Positions 36,656 to 47,800 of a stretch of 64,000 nt of DNA are shown here, one piece after another. The translations under genes and the position numbers were made by a program. Below the pieces are notes generated by a model, which was given only the letters and a program-made list of their open reading frames with translations, did no database searches and was not told where the DNA came from. The stretch is from contig JAFUSN010000003.1 in NCBI GenBank assembly GCA_017467625.1, positions 257,378 to 321,377 on the forward strand, in the 5' to 3' direction. The DNA is from Clostridia bacterium. Its GTDB lineage: Bacteria; Bacillota; Clostridia; Christensenellales; UBA1242. How positions within the stretch are numbered: position 1 is the stretch's first letter; every line of letters begins with the position of its first letter.

Positions 36656-38737
36656 TTATAACCTGGTGCTAACATAATATGTAGATTCAATTTCCTCTTG
36701 TAAATTTGAAATTTTTAATGCATTACCCACCAAAAAAACTTCTTTTGAAAAATTAGAATTTAAAATCTCAACAAATTCATTTAAATTTGAAAACAACTCT
36801 GGCTCATAAACAAATAAATCCATATCAATAGATTTTGCAATTTTTTCAAAATTAAAATTTTTAGTAAAAGTTTTATTAAAAAAATCAAGTGCAAAGTTAT
36901 ATGGGTTTTGTTTTCTATTCATAACAATTTCAACTGAGTCCTCTTGAATTCTAACAAGATCATAAAATTGATAAATTGGAATTTGAATTTCATTGATTTT
37001 ATACATATAAAACATTAATCTATCATTAATTATATTTTTTAAAAAATTGCACGATTTAATCATTATTGATATGTTTTTACATAATTTTTGTAGTAAAATT
37101 GCAGTTTTTAATCCAAATTCAGAATTAATAAACAACACAATATTTTTGTTTTTTAAAACACTTTTATTTAGATTTAGGATATCAAATAAATTAAAAACAT
37201 TCTGCAAAACAACGCCTTCAACAATTAAATTTTTTTGTAGATATCCAGTTGCAAAAATTATTTTATCATACATATCAATTGTTTGTTTTTTTACAGTAAA
37301 TTGTTGATTGCAAAATAAATTAATTTTATTTTTATTTACAAATGAAAAAAATTCCTTTTGAATAAATTGATTGAATTTTTTTAAACTATAGTCTAATCCA
37401 AATATTTCCTTAATGATTGAATTGTTATTTACACTTTTGTTTTTTTCAAAAACATCAACACAAGCCCCTCGTTTTGCAAAATTTATTGCTGAAACCATTC
37501 CACTTATTCCAGCTCCAACAATTAAAATTCGTTTTTTATTTAAATCTTTTTCACATTTAAATGTGTTGAATGTATCAGGATTTATTGCGCATGTATTAAG
37601 CTTAAACTTTTTTGCACAATATGTGCAATATGAACACTTAATACATTTTTCTTCACTTCTTGAAATTATATAGTTATTTGCTGCCAATATCTCTTTAGTG
37701 ACATCAAACATATTACTAATGCCTTCATTGTAATAATCACACATTTCATTTTTTGATCTATAATTATCTTTTACAATTAATAATGGATTTTCGTTACTCA
37801 AAGTTTTAATTTTGTTATCCACAAAAAATCTTTTTATTTTTTTCATTTCATTTTCAAAAATTTTTGTAGATTGAAATTCATTAAACTCTTTTAAAAATTC
37901 CGTTTCAAATGTTCCACATTCAAATATAAAACCATCTGAACCAGCTTCAACCAACTTTTTCATTAAGTTATAAAAATTTTTTCTATCAAACGTTTTAACT
38001 TTTTTTAATGCTCTTATTTTTTGTTTAATCATTTTAAAATAATATTCTAGAAAACTTTCTATTGGTAATTTAATCAATATCACCCCATCGGTAATTTTTT
38101 TTAGTAATGTAATAAATTTTATAAGCAAATCAAAAATCGAATTAAAATATCCATATTTTCTTAAATTAAATTCATTTGACGAAAACTCACCAATTATACT
38201 ATAAAGTGTTGCATCAATCACAAAACCATCAACGCCAGCAAAACTTACATATTGTGCCACTTTTTCCATTTGTTCAATCATTTTACAACAAAAACCATCC
38301 GACGTTCTTATTGATGGCATTTTTGCCGTTAAATATGATTTAATTGAGGACGGAGAACTTGAAAATATCCCAAATACTTTATTTTGATAATCACCACGAC
38401 CATAAATCGATTTAAAATTGAACAAAAACTTACTTCCATGTGAATGAATTATATCAATAACTTTTTTAAGCTTTTTCATATTTGAATTATTAAGGCAAAA
38501 ATTGCTGTTATAACCGTTTTTATCTGCATTGCCTAAACCGAGATAAAATCCACCGCTTATAATTGTTCCAACACTTGTTTTTGCCAAGTTATTGTAATAT
38601 TTTAAAAATTTATCATTAAAATTTCCATGCTCATCATAAAATTCACATTCTGTTAAATTTTCAAATATGAATTTATTTTTAAAAACCTTGTTGTTGTGTT
38701 CAATAGGAGTAAATAAAATATCATAGTTATTTTCCAT
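36656..38737 (-). CDS. OYE-like FMN domain + 4Fe-4S Cys cluster + FAD/NAD(P)-binding domain oxidoreductase (2,4-dienoyl-CoA reductase / NADH:flavin oxidoreductase architecture), divergent
   Basis: The N-terminus LFTPIEHNNKVFKNKFIFENL resembles the OYE start LF.P..ig...lkNR.v.aPm. Cys cluster CIKCSYCTYC...C-AINP. Dinucleotide fold ILIVGAGISGMVSAINFAKRGACVDVFEK. The track start at 38764 is TTG; the first ATG is at 38737 (MENNYD...). No SD. Confidence 0.6.
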   Translation of the reverse strand: MENNYDILFTPIEHNNKVFKNKFIFENLTECEFYDEHGNFNDKFLKYYNNLAKTSVGTIISGGFYLGLGNADKNGYNSNFCLNNSNMKKLKKVIDIIHSHGSKFLFNFKSIYGRGDYQNKVFGIFSSSPSSIKSYLTAKMPSIRTSDGFCCKMIEQMEKVAQYVSFAGVDGFVIDATLYSIIGEFSSNEFNLRKYGYFNSIFDLLIKFITLLKKITDGVILIKLPIESFLEYYFKMIKQKIRALKKVKTFDRKNFYNLMKKLVEAGSDGFIFECGTFETEFLKEFNEFQSTKIFENEMKKIKRFFVDNKIKTLSNENPLLIVKDNYRSKNEMCDYYNEGISNMFDVTKEILAANNYIISRSEEKCIKCSYCTYCAKKFKLNTCAINPDTFNTFKCEKDLNKKRILIVGAGISGMVSAINFAKRGACVDVFEKNKSVNNNSIIKEIFGLDYSLKKFNQFIQKEFFSFVNKNKINLFCNQQFTVKKQTIDMYDKIIFATGYLQKNLIVEGVVLQNVFNLFDILNLNKSVLKNKNIVLFINSEFGLKTAILLQKLCKNISIMIKSCNFLKNIINDRLMFYMYKINEIQIPIYQFYDLVRIQEDSVEIVMNRKQNPYNFALDFFNKTFTKNFNFEKIAKSIDMDLFVYEPELFSNLNEFVEILNSNFSKEVFLVGNALKISNLQEEIESTYYVSTRL

Positions 38738-38744
38738 ATTAAAA

Positions 38745-38773
38745 TTATTAACAATTTGTAACAAAATAGTCTA
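38745..38773 (-). promoter_or_regulatory. Candidate promoter (extended -10) for the oxidoreductase gene, near-leaderless
   Basis: Minus strand: TAGACT (38773..38768), 17-nt spacer, TGtTAATAA (38753..38745), then ttttaatATG. Weaker match than the other promoters. Confidence 0.3.
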
Positions 38774-38783
38774 AATACAAAAT

Positions 38784-38809
38784 AAAAAGAGGGGTTTTCC
38801 CCTCTTTTT
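38784..38809 (-). terminator. Rho-independent terminator of giant gene 2
   Basis: AAAAAGAGGGG-tttt-CCCCTCTTTTT is an 11-bp stem. On the minus strand it is followed by TTTTTATTTTGT. The TAA stop (38810..38808) lies inside the stem. Confidence 0.85.
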
Positions 38810-41800
38810 ATTCGTAAATGTTCTCATAGTCATAAATTTTATCAGCTAAATTTATGATAGATGACACTACAGACAATGAAGTCTCTTCACGAGTAGCATC
38901 CACTTTCACATAGTTATTTGAAACTTGATCAAATACTTTTCCATCTTCATTTCTAAATACGGAAATTAAATAATGAGTTTCAACATCACCAACTTCAAGT
39001 GATTCACCTCTAATTCTAAATCCAGCTTCATTTATGTATGTAACTGGAATCATATTGATTGAAGAAACAATTTCTGTAATTGTTAATTCACCTTGACTAT
39101 CAGTAAGTTGGTTTACAAAGTTTGAAATACGAGCGTCATTTCTATTTCTGTAATAGTAAACTGCAAGTTCAATTGATTCCTCAATTGTCAAATTATCGTA
39201 TTGTGCAATAATTTGTGAACCATCTTGACTATCAAACAACTTAAATCCATTGTTATAGTAAGTTGCAGCAGCATTGAGCTCATCATCAGTAATTTCAAAA
39301 TAACGAACATCACTATAACTTTGCTCAGTCTTGTAATCATAATAGTTAAGATTCATATATTCATCAATAAATGAAACATTTCCATTGTAGCCACTAGTTT
39401 CAATAGCAATTGCAGGTGCGGTAAATCCAAAATTGTTTGAAAGTGTAATTATAGCTGTTGTTGAAAGTCCAGTTGAACCATTAACATTTACTGTAAGCAA
39501 GTTAGCTGAAATAATTGCAACATTACCATTATTATTGTAGTAAGCAACAATATAGTAAGTGTTATTATTTTCAAGACCATGCATTGTAAGAGCACTATTA
39601 GAAACTGAAGCCATAATTAAATCACCACTAAACTTTTGTAATGTAACTTTAAATGCATCTGTTCTGCTATATAATCCATATTCAACTAAATCAGCAAAGT
39701 AACTAAATTGTGAAGCATTAAATGCAACAAAGTTAAGTGTATGCGTGTTCATTGAATATTGAGTATTAGTAGCATAATCAAACTTAGATGTTGACATAAT
39801 TGAATTTACATTAGCAACTGTAATTGTTCCATTTGAAACAGTTACATTTGTTTCCATAAACATAAGATCTTGAATGTAAATCAACGATGCTGAATGGTTA
39901 GCATGGTTAATATAAATATAGTTTGATGTAATTTTAATAATTTCATCACCATTTGTATATAAACCAATTACATATCTATTTTCACTGAATGAATGTTCAA
40001 TGTTAGATGTTTCTCTTCCATTTGACCCCCCAACAATGTTAAGTGACTTCAATGCGTCTTCTTTTGTCATTGTTGTTAAATTAATAAAGTATTGAGTGAG
40101 TTCACTTGATGTAAGTGCAACAAATTTAAGATCATCAGCGCTATAAACATTACCTAATGAATCAGTGAATGATGTTTGCATCCTTGATTTATTTATAATT
40201 AAGCTCGTTTCACCAGTAGATGCATTCATACCAACATTTATTGAATTTGACGTAAATGCAACATTGTTTGAAATTGGGTATCTTGTAATTTGACCATTAT
40301 GGAATTCAATATACATATCTGAAATTGCAGCAATTGAATTTGTTGATCCTTTGCGATACATAAACAAGAATATGTATGCATCAGATCCAACTTCAATTTC
40401 ACTTCTTAAATCAACAAGTTTAACATTACTATAATTTGAAATTGTGTTCAAAAGTGCTGTTTGAACTGAAGGTCTTGAAGCAAGCGCTCTAATGTATGCT
40501 TCATACTCATTTTGATTTAAAACTAAAACTTTAATCTCATCTGGTGAGTAATAAGTGATCACTGAACCGTTTACATCAAAGAACTTCACTGTTGATTTAT
40601 ATTCATCAACATCTACTGTAATTGTTGTGTTATTTTTATTTGTAAAGTCTTTAACAACATTATTTTCATCAACATCCACTGTAAAGTTCAAAATAGCATA
40701 TGCTTGAATTGCATAAATATTTTGATCAACATGTGTATCTGTTGTGAGAATTTGAACTTGAATTGGATTTCCATCAATATTATCGCAAACAACAAACCCA
40801 GTTTCACCATCGATAAGTTGAACCGTTGCAGTATTTGAACTTGTATCAATACTAATGATATCAACATAAACTCCAGATGCTGCAAGTTGTGCAATATTAT
40901 CATATCCAAGTTTATTAATTATTGTTTGAGTTAAAACAACATAACAGATAAATTGTGAATTTGGGAACCAAGCTCCGATTGTTGATTGTGGAATTGAACT
41001 TAATGTTGCATATGAAAGAACTTTTCCAGCTCCTCCACATTCTTCGCAAATTGAACCAGCAACATTTCCATCTCCGCCACAATGTACGCAATCAACAAGA
41101 CTATCATCATGAAGTGTGAAATAGTTTCCATTATTAATATATGCACTTGTCCAAATCCATTGTGAAATTGATGCATCATATACATAACCCGTGTAGGTTG
41201 GCTTAGAGAGTTTCTGCGTGCCATCTTCGTCAATTAGTGTATACTCAGCAGACCTTAAAACATAATTTGAATTGTTTGTATATTGAACATAATTGCCATT
41301 CACATTTTTACTATCGCTCCATGTATAGAATATTACACGTTTTGAACTGTTTGAATCATTAATAATTGAACAACAAAGAGTTATATCTCTGTTTACAATC
41401 ATTGTTGTATCAATTTCAATTTCTTGTGCGTAATAACTGCCATCATCATTAAAGATAATTTCATACCAGAGTTCTGAACTAATATCCCAACCAGCAATTA
41501 TATCTGAAACAGGATAACCATATGGAACTTCGGTTGTATCATGAAGACCTGATGTTTCATCAATATTAATTGTTCCGTCATCTGAAACACTAATGTAAAC
41601 ATTTGTTTCAAATGATTGAGAACTAAACTCAAAGCTAATTATAAGTTCCGTCTTAACATTTTCAATTTCAACAACTGTGTAGAATGTATCTTCTTTGAAT
41701 TCTTCATAAGCAAGTTCCCTTGCAAATCCATCAAATTCATATTGAGCAGTTCCTTCACCATAAAGCAAACTGGTTATTTTAATGTTATTGAATACATATG

Positions 41801-44800
41801 GTATTGAAATTGTATCACCGCTACCAACAATTTGACTTGTTTCATGTGTTGCATTGTTTGTGATATTAATCACATATTCTGCCCATTCTAATCCCCTAAT
41901 TGCTGAATTGAATTTAAGATCAATTGTGGCAATATAGTTAACATTTTCAATATTATAATTCAATGTAATCTTTGAAATGTACTTACCACTTGATGTTGGA
42001 GCCACAACTATATATTCATTGTTATAGAACTGAATTTGTTGTGATAATGTTCCATCGGTTAATGAAAACTCTGTAGATCCATTTACATTAATCATATTGT
42101 AAGCAGCATTACCGCCATTTACATATGAAATTTCACCATCATTATCAACAATTTGTGTATCATTTCCAACCGTTACATTAAATCTGTTTATATCATATCC
42201 AGCAAAGAATGTAATCACATTGTTATCACTAGAATTATTATAAACTTTAACCATATAGGTATTAGAAGATGTTTTTGTAAAGTTGTTCCTAAATGAGTTA
42301 TATGTTGTTGATAATTCTCCATTATCATTAATTACAGTCTCATAAATAAGTCCAGCAAGGAAATTCTCATCAAGTCTATATGGATTATTATTACTATCAG
42401 TTCCATACGCACCAACTGTATCCCAAATAACCGTGTTATTAACATCTGCTAAATCATAGAATGTATTCAATGATTTATATGTGTAACCTGTTAATGAAAT
42501 TGAAAGTTCATCAAGCAACGCTTTGATCCTTTCAGGAACATCATTTTCAGTTTCTGCATTACTAATTACATCATTAAATTTAAGTTTATATGTAATTAAA
42601 TTGCTGCTATTGCCGTTTCTGTAAGCAAATATAGCATTATTTGCAAGATTATGTTTTGTTCCATCAAGTGTAACAAGATAATTTGCATCAACGTTTCCAA
42701 AGTTATTCATTGGAATTGTTCCAACTAAATTGTTTAAGCTGATGACAATCTTATATTCAATTGCTTCCCAAACTGTATACATACTTATGTAATATTCTGG
42801 AGAAATTCCACCTCTTCTTGCCATATCACCAAGTGCCTCAGTGGTTCTTGCAAGAGGATCATTTTCATATGTGGTATACAGATAAATCTTTCCATCTCCA
42901 GTTACGCTATTGATATCAAATCTTGAATTAATTGGACTAAGTGTGTTGACATATTCAGATGGATTCATAAATGCAAATCCACTATAGTTATAACCAACTC
43001 TGATATAACTTAAATCATCAATAACTTGGTCAAATGTAAATCTTGTTTGAACAGCCCTTGTTGTATATGTGTAACTTGTCATGTTTCCTTCACTCGTAGA
43101 AATTGGAGAGCTATTAACAGGAATCATTACAGATCCACCAGACGATGAGTCAATCACATCATTTTCAACAAGTGTGTATGTATTAGCAGTCCATCCAGCA
43201 TAAAGTATGATATCTTCAGTGTTTTCATTAATGATTCCTTTTTCAGTTAATTTTTCAAACATTTCCATCGAAATCATTGCTGTTTCACTTGAATATGCTC
43301 TAATAAACAAGTATTCATCACTTGCAATTGGATCAAGGTACCAACCTTTCCATGTATAACCAATTCTATCAACAAGAAGATTTGTTGTTAAACTACTGTT
43401 ATATGACAAACGTGAATATGGACTGTTTACAGTAATTTTTAATTTATCAGATGATACATCTTGATAGTTGCTATAATATGAAACGAAATTGTTATTTGAT
43501 AAGTAAGCTTTTGTTGAACCAACCCTTCCAAGACTTGTTGATGAAGAATCATTCAAATCAAACTTAATTCCAAATACCCTTGGAAGCCAAATTGCATGAA
43601 GTACAACTTCCAAATTGGTTTGACTATCACCAATTCTTTCAAATTCACCATTTGAGTAAATATGGTAATTACCATCTTTATCAACAATCAAGTTTTTACC
43701 AACATTACTATATTTTTCATGATCTTCAGTATCATTATACTTAACATTTCCAAACTTAAATGTTGCTTTGTCAAATGTTGAAGAAATAATTGCTAATGTT
43801 CCAAGTGCAAAGCCTGACTCATTTTCAACTTCTTGAATTACAACATCATCGAATGACCATCCAACAAACTCATATCCTGCTTTTGCAAGCATTTCAATCT
43901 CATAAGTTTGATCAAATACAAGTTCCTTAATTGAAATGTCATCCAATGTTACCTGTGCAGCTTCTCTATTTGTTACAACATTAATTTTATAAGTATTAGC
44001 CGTCCAATCAGCATATAGTGTAATTGTTCTTGTACTTGAATCAATCTTTAAATTGCCATAAAGTGATGCATCTAAACTTGTTGATGAAACAATTTTTACT
44101 TTATTGTCTGATGTTGAAGTATACCAACCATTCCATTTGTAACCTATTCTAGCAACATTTGCAAGTGAAATATTAATCCAATCATTAGTATCAAATACAA
44201 CACGAACAGCTGAAATAGGTGTATCAGGTCTTGAATATTGACCATTCTCAGCCTCAAACATTGCGGTTGTCGTTCCGTTTCTGTCTGAATCGTAGTCATT
44301 TTTAATAAAGTTTACGCTATATGTTATTGGAGTGTAGTAAGCATAAACATAAATATTATGCTCATATCCTCTGTCAGCATCTCCAAATCCTTCTTTTACA
44401 ACTGAACCATTATCAAAGTAAATATCTGGAGTTACACCAGTTTTTGCATTAATTAAATAGGTGTAATTAATAAGAACTGTATCAGACAAAATGTACTCTG
44501 AATTCTTAATAAAGCTTGAACTATTAACAACATTGTTTCCAACAATCCAACCAACAAAGTCATAACCAATTCTCTCAATATTTCCTGTAAATTTAATAGG
44601 TTGACCAAGTGTAATGCTTTCAGTATATCCAAAGTTTGAACTTGGTTCAGCTTTTGTTGAACCAAAGCCTCGATCTTTATCATAGAAGTTTACATTAACA
44701 TGATAAACATTTGCTGTCCAATGTGCTGTAACTGTAACTTCTCTAATACTTTCATATGTATTCAACATTGAAACTTCTGAATTTGCATTTTTAAATATAG

Positions 44801-47800
44801 ATCTCAAAAGTGTTAAATTGAATTCTGTTGAATTATTTTCAATCTTAATAGATTCATCTGTTTCATTTGTCCACAAGCCATCCCATATGAATCCATATCT
44901 ATCCATCACAACAGTATCCAAGTTATTCCAACTTGCTGTATCAAATTGTGTAGTAACAGTTAATGGTTTTGTTTCTAACGCAAAGTTACCATTTAAATCT
45001 TTATAAACAGCATGGCTTTCTGAATCAATAATTTCATTGTTATCAATAACAACATTGTACTGATTCTTTGTCCATCCAGCATAAATCGTAAGAGTTGTCG
45101 TTTTGTCATCAATATTTTCAAATTTATTATAAAGTCCATTATTTAATGTAGCCAAACTATTAACTTTGTTATAAACATATGTTGTACATGATTTGGTAGT
45201 ATACCAGCCAGTCCATGTATAGCCAAGTTTACCAAAAATAAGTGTGTCAATTTGAGCAGTTCTACCATTATATACCCATTCCCAATTGTTCGTATCAAAG
45301 TAAACAGATACCATAATTGAGTCATGAACATTAATATCAACGTATTCATCTCCATTATAGAAGTATGCATTTGTTGAACTTTCAGTTGAATTCAAATCTA
45401 ATGTTACTGAATATTTAATAGGTGCCCAAACAATTTGAACATAAACATTATGACTTGTTTCTGCATCACCAAGAACTTCTGGTGATGTCTTGCTATCGCC
45501 ATAAATAAACCCTGCTTCATTATCAAGTGATGCATTATTTTGTGTGTTTCGTGCTGTATCTTTTGTAAGTTCAAATTTAATTACTCCATCTTCTGAAACA
45601 AACTTGTAGGCAGAATCAATATTTTCATCAAGGAACATACCATAGAAATTATATCCTTTTCTTGAAGGAACTGGAATTTCAATTTCTTCTCCATCAAATG
45701 TTACTTTGAATATCGATGAATATGCTGCTGATGTTGTTGAACCAATGGATCTAGCAACATCTTTATATTTTTCATCATCTGGAATTTGAATTTGATATGA
45801 AACCTCAGGAGCTGCATTATACTTAAATGTTAATGTATAAGTGTTAGCCTTCCAAATTGCAAATAATTTAATTGTTCCATCTTCATCCCCTGAAACATCT
45901 TCTGTTATGTTTTCAGGAACAAATCTAGTATCATCTAAATTATATAATGTATTTGATGCTTTGTTATAAACAATATATTTAGATGCATAACCTGTTTCCA
46001 AATATGAGTAAGTTGACCAACCAACAAATGTATAACCATATCTGTCAATTACAATATTTCTTAGATATTCTGAAACAATTGTTGTTCCTTGTTGTTCATT
46101 TTCATATTCAAGGAACCAATCTTTGCTATCAAATCTTACATAAATAGATTTAGTACTGTTTGGCAACAACTCTCCATCTTCAACAAAGTAAGCATTTGTT
46201 GAACCATTCGCATTTCCAAGATCATTCTTAATAAATTCAACTTTATATTTCTTTGTTACCCAGTTTGCAATAAGAACAATCCTGTGCTCTTCCTCTAAGT
46301 CACCAAGTGCTTCTCTATCAGCATCAGAATCTGTTACATATCTCGTATAAAGAAGAACATCACCATTATTAAGATATATTACTGAATCATTAAGATAAGT
46401 GTAATATTTAGCATCTTTAACCTTGAATTGAGTTGCAGTTTCTTCATTTCCAGTAGTAATTATTGAAGAATTTAAGCTCCAACCAAGGAATGTATAACCA
46501 TTCCTACTTGCCGTTTGTTGATAATATGGAAGATTTCCATTTGATTGAAGAGATTCATATGTTGTATCGAATATGATTGTACTTGTAAATGCATATTCAC
46601 TATCATTTCTTGAAGCATGACTCGTTCCGGTTTGTAAATTCAAACCTTCAACATCATTCAAATCATAAATAACTGTATAAGTGTTTGCGTTCCAACCAGC
46701 AAATGTATAGAACATTCTAAAGTCTTCACTATCATTATTATCAATGTTTCCATTAAGTGTAATTGCAACATTATACAAATCAATGTCAAATACATGAATT
46801 TGAGGATTTGTTACACTTAAGTCATTGATTGTATGTCCACCAACAATTGCAGTTTGTGCACCCTGATCAATAAACCAACCTGTCCAAGTATATCCAAACC
46901 TATCAGTTAAAATATGATATATTGAAATATTTTCAACAACATCGCCATTGTCCTTTGAATAAATTCTATAACCATTAGTATCAAATAGAACCCTAATTTC
47001 ATAAAGATCATCAAATTCTTCTTTGTCAATATCATAAACATTTGAATCAAAATGTTTAATACTTGCAGGTGTTGAGCCTAATTTCCAATCATTGTTTTCT
47101 GTGTTTGAATCACGAAGAATCAGATTCATTGTATACTCATTTTGCATCCAACCTGCATAAAGGTTGATTGTTCCTGTTACACCAAGTTTATCTTCTTCTG
47201 TAATATAACCATCAACTTGTGTATAATTATCAATATCAGTGTTGAGTGTTAAAACATTGAGTTTTGATTCACTAGTATCATTAATTGCATCATAGATAAT
47301 TGAAGGAATATATGCACCATCTTGAGTTCCATTATTCATTGTTCGGGTTGTATACCAACCAAGGAATGTATAACCAATTCTTGATGTTGAAATATATCTA
47401 AGTGCATTATCTTGAGAGTCTACGAATGAATACCAGTTATCCGTATCAAATTTAACTCTAACTTTATCAACTGTTTCTGAAACTGGTTGAGTGTTGTTGA
47501 GTTTTGTTGCATAGGTTGAATTTATAATTCTTTCAGCATAATTTTCAGCAATATATCTATAATCATTGTTGAAATTAAAGCTTACTTCATAAATTCTAGC
47601 GGTCCAGTTTGCATAGAGAACAATCATATGCTCTGAATTAGTTTCTTCATCACCAAGTTTTTCACTTTCATAATCATTTAATGAACTAAAGAACTTCAAA
47701 TATGACTCAGTTGAAATGCAACTTGTTGCCACATTTGTTTGTCTAGCAAATTCATAATTGAGTTTTAAGTTTCGAGTAATAAGAGTATCAGTATAATTTG

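Noticed and set aside
37047-37673. Two 86-aa plus-strand ORFs antisense to the oxidoreductase gene.
   Set aside because: They are antisense frame shadows in AT-rich coding DNA with hydrophobic, low-complexity translations and no SD or promoter. The sense-strand gene has recognisable domains.
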